From: a virus
Virus record (IMG/VR): IMGVR_UViG_3300033183_000299
Coordinates: 119,931-183,930 of that record
Reading direction: 5' to 3' (one strand)
Length of the DNA: 64,000 nt
Shown here: positions 47,139 through 57,145 of the stretch, piece by piece
Layout: each line of letters starts with the position of its first letter
Position numbering within the stretch: position 1 is the first letter of the stretch
Made by a program: the position numbers and the translations under genes
Notes under the pieces: generated by a model
The model's database searches: none
What the model was told of the DNA's origin: nothing
Seen by the model: only the letters and a program-made list of their open reading frames with translations

Positions 47139-48170
47139 CTATGTTGTGAAAACGTATTTACTGTTTATGTAGTCTGATCCAAAGTTCTCGTTTAGATAGT
47201 TTATCTTGATTGATTCAAGATTCTTATTGAAAAGTTGTCGTGAAGCTATTGATAGCCCAGTTTTTGTCTGAATGAAGCCAGTGGTTGGAGTATATGTGGA
47301 AGGTGCCGCAGCGACTGGAATATGTGGAGGCACTGGTAGTGGAGCTACCAGGTGAGTGTGAGCAGCCAAAGCTAAATCCATCTTTTGTATCATGGAGGTA
47401 TTATCTCCAACTAGTGCTGAGAGCTCCTGTATGGCTCTTACAATGTCTCCAAGACATTCCGATAGGTTATCCCCCTTTGGAATTGGTTGAAGCTTTCTAC
47501 GGGTATTTTTGGCCTTATTAAAGGGGTTTAAAATATTGAATGAAAGCCTCTGTTCTTCTTCCGTATAATTTCCTGCGATTAAAGAGATTGTTCCGACCGT
47601 CTCATTACGACCTCCGTTGGAAAGCTTTTCCCCATCTTTCCCAACACCTTCAAATCTTGCGCGACCTGTAACAATCTTGATGTCGTTTCTTGAGTGTATA
47701 CGGATAGTATCAGCCTTTAAGCCAATGGCTGATCTTCCGGGTGATGCTTGATTTGGAACCTCTGCTAGTCCCATATATTTATCAATATCTGCTTTTTGAG
47801 AAATGTACACTCTTGCAGCATCCATAGCAAAATTTGGGTTAACAATCGTTTCTTCATTGGGCGGGCCGTAAGAGCCATCCTTGTGTCTGTAGGATGATCC
47901 GGCACCGACTATTAAATCGATACGACCAGCTTGAGTCGCTCCTCTCCCGCCATATCCAGAATATAGGTTTCCAGGGCGGTCACGACCTAAAATAATAAAG
48001 GAATTGTTATCTCCAGATATTGTCTTTTCAGTTGACCCTCTTTCCAATGTTGGAATTGCTTCATCAATTGGCTTTTGAGCTATACCTTGGCGTTTACCAG
48101 CTTTTTTATTTTTGGCTACCTGTGCTTTATTTAAAACCTTTGTCTGGTCTTGTATTGGTTTTGAGGTCAT
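47139..48170 (-). CDS. Baseplate central spike-like protein
   Basis: Beta-repeat region (DAARVYISQKAD, IGLKADTIRIHSRNDIKIVT), helix, then AAHTH (HxH apex motif). Confidence 0.6.
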   Translation of the reverse strand: MTSKPIQDQTKVLNKAQVAKNKKAGKRQGIAQKPIDEAIPTLERGSTEKTISGDNNSFIILGRDRPGNLYSGYGGRGATQAGRIDLIVGAGSSYRHKDGSYGPPNEETIVNPNFAMDAARVYISQKADIDKYMGLAEVPNQASPGRSAIGLKADTIRIHSRNDIKIVTGRARFEGVGKDGEKLSNGGRNETVGTISLIAGNYTEEEQRLSFNILNPFNKAKNTRRKLQPIPKGDNLSECLGDIVRAIQELSALVGDNTSMIQKMDLALAAHTHLVAPLPVPPHIPVAAAPSTYTPTTGFIQTKTGLSIASRQLFNKNLESIKINYLNENFGSDYINSKYVFTT

Positions 48171-48179
48171 GGCTATCTC

Positions 48180-49301
48180 TTAAAGTTTTTTTGCTACTCT
48201 TTCTCTAAAGGCTTTCATATCAAAAGCAGGTCCAGGATCACTTTTATCGGACTGGATGTCGCTATGTCCTACGATTGCATTTTGATCTAGACTATATTTT
48301 TTTAATAATTCAGCGCATATGTCGGCACATTTAGACAATGAAGTTTCCTCGTAAGGTTCCCACTTCTTGGTGCTAGATCCATTAGGTGTTTTTCCAGATA
48401 TCCAATTTGACTTTGCTGTGACTCCATCTCGCTCAAAGCCCGCGTTCATAATACATATCCCAATGCTATTTGAATTATTCACTTTTGAATTTCCTTTAGC
48501 ATGCCACACTATTTTTTCAGGATCTGCACTATTGAAGAAGGTCCCATTTCTACCTATCATATAGTGGTATCCATAATCTGTATTTCTATTTTCATATTTC
48601 AATACAGATTCTTTGCCTCCAAATGCTGCGCTGTAGTGTATAACTATGTACTTCACATCTTTTGATCGATCACCCTTTATGTTTGAAGATTTTCCATTAG
48701 CTGTTGCAGCATCTGCAGCGGTGTTGTCCCCTAGCAATGTTGCATTTGCCCAATCAGCAGACAATATGGTTTCAACTCCGTCTATTGTGGCTAAATCAAG
48801 AAAGCTAATCTCTATCTGTGTTCCTTGAGGTTTCATGAATCTGAGGCCTTTGAAGTCTGAATTCTGTATAGATCCCTGTTCAAAGTAGCAGTCCAAAATT
48901 TGACCAAATTGAATGGGGTCCGTATCTTTGAATTCAAAATCTGATCTCGCCATAAACGTTGAGGCATGAAGAGATATTATTTTATTTATTGTGTCTGGGT
49001 CATTGGATGCTCTAGGGTCTGGTAGAATATTTCCAAAATCAGCGAGGGGCCTAACGACAACGCTCAAGAATTGATTTGAATTAATAGCATCCTCAGAATC
49101 TGTACCGGCTCCGGAGCCATCTTCTGTTCTAATTCCGGATAGACAAACAGCTTTGAAAATACCGTCAGTTGCGGTACTCATAGCGTTATCATAAAAGCTA
49201 TCCATTATATTCGACATTGTATAGTCGAACATTTCGGACGAATTATTAACCATTTGCTTGTATAGATATGGGTTGTTGAATGACTTCTTAAACTTAGCCA
49301 C
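48180..49301 (-). CDS. Tail-associated N-acetylmuramoyl-L-alanine amidase (Amidase_2) with unknown N-terminal domain
   Basis: IVIHYSA, YHYMIGRNG, WHA, NSIGI, VGHSDI, KSDPGPAFD. Confidence 0.85.
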   Translation of the reverse strand: MAKFKKSFNNPYLYKQMVNNSSEMFDYTMSNIMDSFYDNAMSTATDGIFKAVCLSGIRTEDGSGAGTDSEDAINSNQFLSVVVRPLADFGNILPDPRASNDPDTINKIISLHASTFMARSDFEFKDTDPIQFGQILDCYFEQGSIQNSDFKGLRFMKPQGTQIEISFLDLATIDGVETILSADWANATLLGDNTAADAATANGKSSNIKGDRSKDVKYIVIHYSAAFGGKESVLKYENRNTDYGYHYMIGRNGTFFNSADPEKIVWHAKGNSKVNNSNSIGICIMNAGFERDGVTAKSNWISGKTPNGSSTKKWEPYEETSLSKCADICAELLKKYSLDQNAIVGHSDIQSDKSDPGPAFDMKAFRERVAKKL

Positions 49302-49585
49302 TATTTGTCCTCCGAATCTTGGATTTGATCAAAGATTTGAGCAAAGTCCGCGTCGGTCAACTCCTCTGTCTTTTCATTCTTGGATAACAATCCGCAAAGC
49401 TTGACAAGCTGTTCATTTGATCGCTGCAAGGTTTCAACGTACTTCGCAAGTGTTTGACCTATGTCTCTATGTCGAGATTGATCGACAGCCAAATAGCGCA
49501 TAGCATCATCGAGAAGTTCACGAGTTGTTTCGCGATCTTCTCGAATGTTCTCTATTGCTTCATCTATAATTTTCTTACTGCTCAT
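49301..49585 (-). CDS. Small helical hypothetical protein
   Basis: 94 aa; candidate late motif 5 nt upstream of ATG. Confidence 0.65.
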   Translation of the reverse strand: MSSKKIIDEAIENIREDRETTRELLDDAMRYLAVDQSRHRDIGQTLAKYVETLQRSNEQLVKLCGLLSKNEKTEELTDADFAQIFDQIQDSEDK

Positions 49586-49602
49586 GCTAATAATTAGTTA
49601 AA

Positions 49603-50295
49603 TTAAATATTTCCATTGTCCCAATCTTTTCTAAAGTCTCTATATCGGGATCTCATTTTATTAAGCTGAACGACGATTTGTTTTGTATTCATTCCTGTTA
49701 ATTCTCGAAGATAGAGGTAGATGGCTTTCTTGTTAAATATTTCAATTTGATCTGCTGATTCGAACAGGACCATGACTGCATCGTATACTTTCTTTTCAGA
49801 CTCTTTTGAAAAGTCGGGCTCCCAAGATTCCATTTCCTTTTTTAGGTTGGCCATCAGTTCTTTCCGAACAGTTTGATCTTGAAAGCTTTCCGCTTTGTCG
49901 AGAAGGTCTCTTTCAAGATCATAATCGACGGCCTCAAAAGATACTTCTCTCTCAAGACGCTTTTTGTTCTTCTTGACTTTGTGAATAAACCAGTTCTTTG
50001 TGACGACTGAGAAGTAAGAAAAAGCCTTGTGTCCCTTGTTGGGGTCAAACTTCGCCAAAATAGTAACGAGCCAACCTTTACACTCTTCTCTCAGATCATC
50101 AATATCAGGTAAGGTTGTAAAGCGATAAGTGAACACAATTTTGTCCACCATTTGTGAAAATGCTGGTTGAATGAGTGTTTCATAAAGCTCTTCCTTTTTC
50201 CTGAAATTATCTGTGTTGCAATATTCAATTATTGCGTTTTCGTGTACCTGCGTAAAGTACATGTTTTTCTTTTTCGCTTTCCTCTTCCTCGGCAT
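49603..50295 (-). CDS. Phage sigma factor (gp55-like, probably late)
   Basis: YFT...AIIEY, region-2-like DDLREEC...KFDPNKGHKAFSYFSVVTKNWFI. Confidence 0.8.
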   Translation of the reverse strand: MPRKRKAKKKNMYFTQVHENAIIEYCNTDNFRKKEELYETLIQPAFSQMVDKIVFTYRFTTLPDIDDLREECKGWLVTILAKFDPNKGHKAFSYFSVVTKNWFIHKVKKNKKRLEREVSFEAVDYDLERDLLDKAESFQDQTVRKELMANLKKEMESWEPDFSKESEKKVYDAVMVLFESADQIEIFNKKAIYLYLRELTGMNTKQIVVQLNKMRSRYRDFRKDWDNGNI

Positions 50296-50608
50296 CTTCT
50301 TCCTCTGCTATTTCATATTCGATAGGTTCTGTTATTGAAGAGACGCTTCCGTATTGCTCTTCAAGCATTACACTTAATGCATTCGTATGATCCATTAAGA
50401 ACTTTAAAGTCTCGTCTCCATAGAATGTATCAAGCTCATAAACCTTCTTTAAGTGCTTTTTATAGTTATCGATAATCTCGACCAAGTCACCAATGTTGTC
50501 TGAGACAACCGCCAAGTCTTTCGACTGCCATGAGGCAAGTCTAAATAAGACGACGTTTGCTACAACAGAAGTCGCAAGTCCGAGACCCAATAAAATATTA
50601 ATCTCCAT
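50225..50608 (-). CDS. Membrane-anchored hypothetical protein
   Basis: N-terminal TM, acidic C-terminus. Confidence 0.6.
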   Translation of the reverse strand: MEINILLGLGLATSVVANVVLFRLASWQSKDLAVVSDNIGDLVEIIDNYKKHLKKVYELDTFYGDETLKFLMDHTNALSVMLEEQYGSVSSITEPIEYEIAEEEDAEEEESEKEKHVLYAGTRKRNN

Positions 50609-50855
50609 CGGGCAACTCCACTCTCTTTTTTCGTTCTTCCTTTAGGAGGGCTCTATTTTCCTCTATGGCGCGTTTTACTTCGTCACCTACCTTACCACCC
50701 TTTGAAGTTCTTTCACGGTGTATGTGAGGCATTTGAGGCACTCTATGGATAGAAGTGGAACAACAGAAGTTACACATTCCATACTCTTCCGTCATTCCAT
50801 GAACTACCTCAAAATACTCGAGACACTCTTTGCACTTGTATGCATATTTAGGCAT
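50598..50855 (-). CDS. FmdB-family zinc ribbon protein
   Basis: MPKYAYKCKEC...FE...CNFC. Confidence 0.8.
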   Translation of the reverse strand: MPKYAYKCKECLEYFEVVHGMTEEYGMCNFCCSTSIHRVPQMPHIHRERTSKGGKVGDEVKRAIEENRALLKEERKKRVELPDGD

Positions 50856-51042
50856 CTTTATCAACCTTTACGCTTTCAGGTACTTCGAATGTTGGTGGGT
50901 TCATGACGACTAGTTGACCCGAGTCATCAACTTGAATTTTAAAGTCCTTAAGAACAGGGACAATATCTGTTTGTTCCAAGAGGGACTTTTGAAGCGCCAT
51001 CATAACAGCGCCAATTGCTTGATCTGATAAATTGTGATCCAT
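50848..51042 (-). CDS. Small hypothetical protein
   Basis: 64 aa, AGGAG RBS, first gene after a promoter. Confidence 0.7.
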   Translation of the reverse strand: MDHNLSDQAIGAVMMALQKSLLEQTDIVPVLKDFKIQVDDSGQLVVMNPPTFEVPESVKVDKDA

Positions 51043-51075
51043 AATAAACTCCTATTAAAAAATATCAATAACTTT

Positions 51076-51104
51076 ATTATAGCACCCAGTTTTACTGTTG
51101 TCAA
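51076..51104 (-). promoter_or_regulatory. sigma70-type promoter driving the operon that contains the sigma factor
   Basis: TTGACA-N17(..TGc)-TATAAT. Confidence 0.85.
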
Positions 51105-51943
51105 GTATTTTTTAAATTATTTTTCGAAAAACATCTCTCGAGACCTTCCTCAATTGAAACTTGAGGTTGAAAGCCTAAATCTTTTTCGATCTCACTGATG
51201 TCTGCGAGAGTATGTTTCACATCACCTTTTCGTTCTGGGGCGTTGTTCCATTCGACCTCATGACGTTCATTGATAAAGTTTCTAACATGGTTCATCGAGA
51301 CTGATGTTCCAGAACCTACGTTGTAAGCTTTTCCTCCAAACCATTTGTTTGACTGCATTGCTAGAATATTTGCAAGAACAATGTCATCAACATGAACGAG
51401 GTCTCGAGTTTGTTCTCCATCTCCATCCATTCTCAATGGTTTTCCTTGTCGAATCATTTCCATCCATGCACAGATTGCGGTTGAGTACGAGCCCCCGAAG
51501 GCTTGGTCCTCGGAGTAAGCATTGAAGTATCTAAGGCACACCGTATCAAGCCCATAGAGCTCCGAGAATAGCCTACACTCCATTTCGGACATTAACTTAT
51601 GCAATCCATAGGGCGACTTCGGAACACCATCTCCATCGCCATTTACGGCGCTTGAGGAGCTAAAGATTACACGCTTGACGTTGTGATTCTTTGCCCACTC
51701 TAAAAGTGTCGAGGTTACAAGAACATTTTGCTTCATGGTGTATGATGGGTGATGCACGGAAAACTCAACTCTTGGTTGTGCTGCGAGGTGGAAGACATAG
51801 TCAAAGTCTTCGTTTGGAAGACAGTGGAGAATGTCTTCCCCATCTTTAATGTCAATTCCTAGGACGTTATGTCCGAGACGTTGCAATTCAGAGAACAAAT
51901 GACTTCCAATGTAGCCTTTATGGCCGGTTACTAAAATTTTCAT
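51101..51943 (-). CDS. NAD-dependent nucleotide-sugar epimerase/dehydratase
   Basis: [31 protein letters not shown]. Confidence 0.9.
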   Translation of the reverse strand: MKILVTGHKGYIGSHLFSELQRLGHNVLGIDIKDGEDILHCLPNEDFDYVFHLAAQPRVEFSVHHPSYTMKQNVLVTSTLLEWAKNHNVKRVIFSSSSAVNGDGDGVPKSPYGLHKLMSEMECRLFSELYGLDTVCLRYFNAYSEDQAFGGSYSTAICAWMEMIRQGKPLRMDGDGEQTRDLVHVDDIVLANILAMQSNKWFGGKAYNVGSGTSVSMNHVRNFINERHEVEWNNAPERKGDVKHTLADISEIEKDLGFQPQVSIEEGLERCFSKNNLKNT

Positions 51944-52902
51944 TTTAATTTCTCCAAGTCTGCTTCATACATCATTTTAACAAGTTGCTTGAATGAAGTT
52001 TTAGGCTGCCATCCAAGTTTCTCTTTTGCCTTAGAGTAGTCCCCAAGCAATAGTGGGACTTCATGTGGACGAAAAAGCCTGTCATCAATCTCGACATGTT
52101 CTTCTATTTTTAAGCCGGCTATTCTAAATGTTTCTTCTAAAAATTCTCTAACAGAATATGTTTCACCTGTGGCGATAACATAGTCGTCTCCTTTGTCTTG
52201 CTGCAGCATAAGCCACATTAATTCAACATAATCTCCAGCAAAACCCCAATCTCTCTTTGCATCTAAATTCCCTAAATATAACTTTTCTTGAAGGCCCATT
52301 TTTATCTTAGCTGCAGCCATTGTAATCTTTCTTGTTACAAACGTTTCTCCTCGCCTAGGAGATTCGTGATTAAATAAAATGCCGCTTGAAATATGCATGT
52401 CATAAGACTCTCTGTAGTTTCTGCAAATGTTGTGGGCAAAAACTTTTGCACATGCATAAGGGGATGCTGGCATAAAAGTGGTTAGTTCAGATTGTGGAGC
52501 TTCTGGATTATCTCCGAACATTTCAGAAGAAGATGCTTGATAGAATCTTGCAAGAGGACAAACATTCCTTATTGCTTCCAGAATTCTAAGTGTACCCATT
52601 GCGACAAAATCAGCTGTCTCATGAGGAGTTTCAAACGATACTTTAACATGGGACTGGGCAGCAAGATTGTATATTTCATTTGGTTTATGAGACATGAGAA
52701 GTCTGTGTAAGCACCCTGAGTCGTTCATGTTTCCATATTCTAGTGTGAAATTCTTGTTAGCAAATAAGTGGTCTATCCTACTAGTAGAAATAATGGAAGT
52801 TCTTCTTTTCACTCCGACTACTTCATATCCTTTATCCAATAAGAGTTCAGCCAAATAAGATCCATCTTGGCCAGTTATGCCAGTTATTAGTGCTTTTTTC
52901 AT
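51940..52902 (-). CDS. gmd: GDP-mannose 4,6-dehydratase
   Basis: [51 protein letters not shown]. Confidence 0.96.
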   Translation of the reverse strand: MKKALITGITGQDGSYLAELLLDKGYEVVGVKRRTSIISTSRIDHLFANKNFTLEYGNMNDSGCLHRLLMSHKPNEIYNLAAQSHVKVSFETPHETADFVAMGTLRILEAIRNVCPLARFYQASSSEMFGDNPEAPQSELTTFMPASPYACAKVFAHNICRNYRESYDMHISSGILFNHESPRRGETFVTRKITMAAAKIKMGLQEKLYLGNLDAKRDWGFAGDYVELMWLMLQQDKGDDYVIATGETYSVREFLEETFRIAGLKIEEHVEIDDRLFRPHEVPLLLGDYSKAKEKLGWQPKTSFKQLVKMMYEADLEKLK

Positions 52903-53813
52903 TTTATTCCTCGTATATTTGGGTAATTATTTTTAAACCAGTTGATCGTTCTTTCCAAACCAATGTCCATCTCAGTATAGCAAAAATTTGGAAATAAGTC
53001 AATAAATTTTTTATTAGAGCTTGGCTTTTTGAATTGCCCTTCAGGCTTTGAAGTGTCCCATATTATATTTTCTACATTATTAAAATGTTGACTTATTGAT
53101 TCTGCTACTTCTTTTATAGAATATTGATTTGTGTTACCTATGTTGATAGGGAGCTCTTCATCATAGTTTTCCACCAAAAGCAATAGTGCCCTAGCAACAT
53201 CTTCGGAATAAGTAAATTCACGCAATGGGGCTCCGGTGCCCCATAGAATTGGATACTTATTTTCATGCATCTTTCTAATTATTGCCGGAACAACGTGTCC
53301 ATTTTCTAGATCGAAATTATCGTTGGGTCCATATATATTATTTGGAATGGCGGTGATATACTTTAGTCCATACTGTTGCCTTATTGCCCTAGAGTGGACC
53401 TCCAACATTCTCTTTGCATACGCATAGCCAAAGTTGCTAAAGTGCGGCTCTCCACAATGAACCTGCTCTTCTGAGAGGGGATATGTGGGATTGTTGGGAT
53501 ATATACAGGTAGATAACAAAGATAGTACTTTGGGTACCCGCTGCTTTCTAGATTCTTCCAGGATGTTTGTATTGATGACTATGTTGTCATAGAAAAAGTC
53601 AGCTATGTAATCAGAGTTACCCTTTACTCCGCCAACTTTTGCCGCCAAATGAATGACGGCATCTGGCTTATGTTTCACTATTATGTCTCTAGTGGCTTTG
53701 GGGTCTCGTAGATCACAATCTGACGACCCTAGCAAGATCAGACTGTGGTTAGTTTCAACTCTTGAGAAGGACTGACCCACCAAACCAGTTCCTCCGGAAA
53801 TTAGAATTTTCAT
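52899..53813 (-). CDS. fcl: GDP-L-fucose synthase
   Basis: [45 protein letters not shown]. Confidence 0.93.
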   Translation of the reverse strand: MKILISGGTGLVGQSFSRVETNHSLILLGSSDCDLRDPKATRDIIVKHKPDAVIHLAAKVGGVKGNSDYIADFFYDNIVINTNILEESRKQRVPKVLSLLSTCIYPNNPTYPLSEEQVHCGEPHFSNFGYAYAKRMLEVHSRAIRQQYGLKYITAIPNNIYGPNDNFDLENGHVVPAIIRKMHENKYPILWGTGAPLREFTYSEDVARALLLLVENYDEELPINIGNTNQYSIKEVAESISQHFNNVENIIWDTSKPEGQFKKPSSNKKFIDLFPNFCYTEMDIGLERTINWFKNNYPNIRGIK

Positions 53814-54472
53814 ATTACTTTACCTTTGTTTCTAAAGATTTCGTCCGTCTTTATATTCGCAACCTTTTCATACCCAACAGTAGAGAGAAATCTTTCTATT
53901 GTATTTTTTTTATAATTGTTCTCAACCATTATGAATCCAAATGAAAATTTATTATAATCAATCGATTTTATAATTTTCTCTTCCATTCCTTCGATGTCCA
54001 AAGACATTATGTCAAAATGATTTGATCCATTTAGTAGACTATAGTTCTCCAAGAGGTCATAAATCTTTACCACTTCACAAGAAACCTCTTTGGGACTAGT
54101 AGAAATTAGGCCTTTGGATATTTCACGCTCAATCCTACTCAAATGATCTTCCTCATATTCCCCTACAATTCCAGATAGGCCGTCTCCGTATCCAGGTTCA
54201 AAAGAAAGAAACTTGATTGTGTCTTCTAGATAATCGTTTGGGACAACAGCTTTTAAAGTTATCTCCTTGCTGTTGGGTCTATTTTCAACAATGGATTCAT
54301 AATTATTTGGATTTGCTTCACACAGGAACGTACTCCATCCAGAATTTTCGAAAAACAAAGAGTTGCTAAATTTGACTCCGTCCAAAGCTCCTATTTCAAT
54401 AAATGAGCCATCACTCTTACCTTCAAAAAAACTACTCAGGTATCTATCTTGTCCAAATTGACTATAATACAT
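53810..54472 (-). CDS. FkbM-family methyltransferase
   Basis: YSQFGQD, FIEIGALDG...SNS, SLDIEG.E. Confidence 0.88.
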   Translation of the reverse strand: MYYSQFGQDRYLSSFFEGKSDGSFIEIGALDGVKFSNSLFFENSGWSTFLCEANPNNYESIVENRPNSKEITLKAVVPNDYLEDTIKFLSFEPGYGDGLSGIVGEYEEDHLSRIEREISKGLISTSPKEVSCEVVKIYDLLENYSLLNGSNHFDIMSLDIEGMEEKIIKSIDYNKFSFGFIMVENNYKKNTIERFLSTVGYEKVANIKTDEIFRNKGKVI

Positions 54473-54475
54473 TTT

Positions 54476-55336
54476 TTATTCTCCATTAATATATTTTTCT
54501 ATGGTAGCCCAAACACTAAACCTATCTAACACTAGCATCTTCGATTCTTCCAAGGCGCTAGATTCTCTTTCTGATATTGGGCGAAAAATCACTTCTAGAA
54601 GGTATTGATCATCCTCAATATGTTGTGGTTCTATAATTCTCATTGAATCTTCTGGAAAGAAATTTTTTATATTTGGACAACCATAATAAATCGGCATAGT
54701 ATCCATCAAGAAACAATCTGTTAGCTTTTCGGAAAAATAATTATTCTCTCTTGAGTTTTCTATGGCCATGGAAAAAAGAAAGTCCTCAAGGGCAGATGCT
54801 CTACAGATCCAATTATCTCTCAAAGCTCCCTTATATGCCGCGCCAAACTTGCTGGTCAGATTATCTTTTCCAAAGATTTCTGCTTCTGTTTTTTGCAAGA
54901 AGCCAGTCTTTAAATTGATTTTTGATATCAAGTCTATCCTGTGTCTCCACTTATTGCTTGTTACTATGCTCATTTTCTTCGTTTTTGTTTTTCTTACAAA
55001 CAATTGCTCTCTAGTTTTTAGCACCCAAGGTGTTGAGACATGATAATACCTATCGTATGAAAACACCTCGCTTATAAAGTTCATTTCGCTGGGGAGTGCA
55101 AAATCTTTAACAAACTTTGGTTCCCTCTGTATTAGAAAAACTGGCTTGTTGAAACTATTTGGATATTTACATAAAGATTGTGTGCCTAATACAATTGCGA
55201 AATCGGCTGATTTTTCATCTAGGGTGGAGGAGACGTTTTTATATGATCCACCAGCATTCGTTGTATACAGGTCTAGCCATTTTTTTAACCTATCTTTAGG
55301 TACGTGGCAAGAGTAGAAAAAGACCTTATATATCAT
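54476..55336 (-). CDS. GT10-like (alpha-1,3-fucosyltransferase-type) glycosyltransferase
   Basis: FSMAIENS...NYFSEKL.DCF...PIYYGCPNI motif. Confidence 0.8.
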   Translation of the reverse strand: MIYKVFFYSCHVPKDRLKKWLDLYTTNAGGSYKNVSSTLDEKSADFAIVLGTQSLCKYPNSFNKPVFLIQREPKFVKDFALPSEMNFISEVFSYDRYYHVSTPWVLKTREQLFVRKTKTKKMSIVTSNKWRHRIDLISKINLKTGFLQKTEAEIFGKDNLTSKFGAAYKGALRDNWICRASALEDFLFSMAIENSRENNYFSEKLTDCFLMDTMPIYYGCPNIKNFFPEDSMRIIEPQHIEDDQYLLEVIFRPISERESSALEESKMLVLDRFSVWATIEKYINGE

Positions 55337-55842
55337 ACAACTCCAAGGCTGCTGAGTGCTTCTGACACTGTCATATTATCCAGGTCCAAACTTTCATCAT
55401 AAGGCTCTTCCGTGTTATGCCCTAAAGCATGCTTTATATGTTCCATCTTCAGCAAGCTCCAGTTTGGCTCGACTGTCCCCAAAACCTTTCTCATCAAAAA
55501 TCTTACCACATAAAATCTTAAGATTTCGGCGGCAGACCTTCTAGATACGACTCTAGCTGGATTTCCAGCTATCACCGAATATGCTGGGAAGTTTCCTCTG
55601 ACGATTGCTCCCGTTCCAACTAGGGAGCACCTCCCTATTGTAGTACCCATCAGAATAGTTGATCGGAATCCAACCCACACCATGTCCTTGAAAACAATCT
55701 TGTTGTCTTTCTTGTATGGAAGAATGGGTCCATGAAGTACTATTTTAGATTCGGTCCCAAGTAAACAATTGTCTCCAATTTCTAGCAAGTGAGGATTCCA
55801 CCTTTCTATTTGCCCTAAATTTTCAAAGTTTTTTCCTATCAT
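55333..55842 (-). CDS. Hexapeptide-repeat O-acyltransferase
   Basis: IGDNCLLG, VWVG, IGRCSLVGTGAIV, IAGNPARVV. Confidence 0.85.
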   Translation of the reverse strand: MIGKNFENLGQIERWNPHLLEIGDNCLLGTESKIVLHGPILPYKKDNKIVFKDMVWVGFRSTILMGTTIGRCSLVGTGAIVRGNFPAYSVIAGNPARVVSRRSAAEILRFYVVRFLMRKVLGTVEPNWSLLKMEHIKHALGHNTEEPYDESLDLDNMTVSEALSSLGVV

Positions 55843-56414
55843 TTGTTTTTCACCATATTCCAAATATTAAAATCAATTTCATAAATTTTTTTTACTTTAT
55901 CAACCGATTCATCAGATAGTCTCAAATCTTCTTTTGGGCTGCTGTTAAAGTGTTGAAGCGTATCTTCTCCGTAAATCTCTTCGAAGAAGTTCTTTACGTT
56001 AGAAAAATTTACGAACTCAACTCCATCGATGCCGTTTATCCAACTAAATTGAGTTTTCCAACCTAGATGCTTAAGAGCTGTTGAGTTGTTGAACAAAATA
56101 TCAACAATTTCATCGATAGAATTGTTTAAACAAACATTGTAGTCCGGATGTTTTCCATCTAGTGATTTTCCATCAATAGAATGCCAGAATGACTTTTTCA
56201 TTCTGGCATATCTATAGCAGGATTCAAGCCTATCGACTGGATCTCTAAATATGCAGATTTTTCTGTATGATTTCCATTCATTGCCGACCATTCTCTTATA
56301 ATAAGACCAATTGTGGTGTCCAGTGTGAGACATGTTATAGCATTTCTCAACAGAAGTTCCAGCATTCTTTGGGATGTGAATGAATATTATTTTATTTTCA
56401 AAATCTATTGGCAC
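55839..56414 (-). CDS. Sulfotransferase family 2 protein
   Basis: FIHIPKNAGTS and RDPVDRLESCY PAPS-binding motifs. Confidence 0.85.
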   Translation of the reverse strand: MPIDFENKIIFIHIPKNAGTSVEKCYNMSHTGHHNWSYYKRMVGNEWKSYRKICIFRDPVDRLESCYRYARMKKSFWHSIDGKSLDGKHPDYNVCLNNSIDEIVDILFNNSTALKHLGWKTQFSWINGIDGVEFVNFSNVKNFFEEIYGEDTLQHFNSSPKEDLRLSDESVDKVKKIYEIDFNIWNMVKNK

Positions 56415-57145
56415 TATTCCTCCAGCCTATCATACTTCTTCTTTTTTCTTATTTCCATATCTAGCCTTATTTGTTTTGCACGATCTTTTTTGTGATCATT
56501 TATTGGATTCGTCAAGTTATAATAGTATAAAACTTCCTCGATACACTTCCATCTGTTGTCCGCCATTTCCAACATTGGAAACATGATCGCCAGATCCCAA
56601 GCCATTTCATAAAAATTACCATCAACATCTTTTAAATCTTCTTTGTTAATATTTTTCCACAACTTATACTTGAAAGTCCTAAGTGCAGAGGCTCTCCATC
56701 TTGCTTCCCTATATGACTTATTCTCTATAACCTGCTTAGAGTATGGCACTACATTTCCTGGAATTATACCATCTGGGTAGTGAATATAGGTTCCATAAGT
56801 CATCAGAGTATCGTCTTGATAATTTTTGTCTAAAATTTCGAAAACCTCTTTTTTTGCAAGCCAATCATCACCGTCTAGTGTAACGATTATGTCTTCGTCA
56901 TTTGGGTTTGCGAATTCTATCGCTTCCACTATATTTCTTAATGCAAACTTTTTTTCTTTATTTTTTATGAGCTTTATTTTTTCACATTCAAACTCTTGAA
57001 TTATTTTTGCACTATTATCCGTTGACATGTCGTCAATATAATAGCACTCATAATTCTTATAAGTCTGTGACAAAACGCTTCTTATATTTGTTTTTATCCA
57101 TTTCTCAACATTGTACAGAGGTACGATAACTATGAACTTATTCAT
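56414..57145 (-). CDS. GT2 glycosyltransferase
   Basis: IVPLYN, IDDMSTD, LDGDDW. Confidence 0.88.
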   Translation of the reverse strand: MNKFIVIVPLYNVEKWIKTNIRSVLSQTYKNYECYYIDDMSTDNSAKIIQEFECEKIKLIKNKEKKFALRNIVEAIEFANPNDEDIIVTLDGDDWLAKKEVFEILDKNYQDDTLMTYGTYIHYPDGIIPGNVVPYSKQVIENKSYREARWRASALRTFKYKLWKNINKEDLKDVDGNFYEMAWDLAIMFPMLEMADNRWKCIEEVLYYYNLTNPINDHKKDRAKQIRLDMEIRKKKKYDRLEE

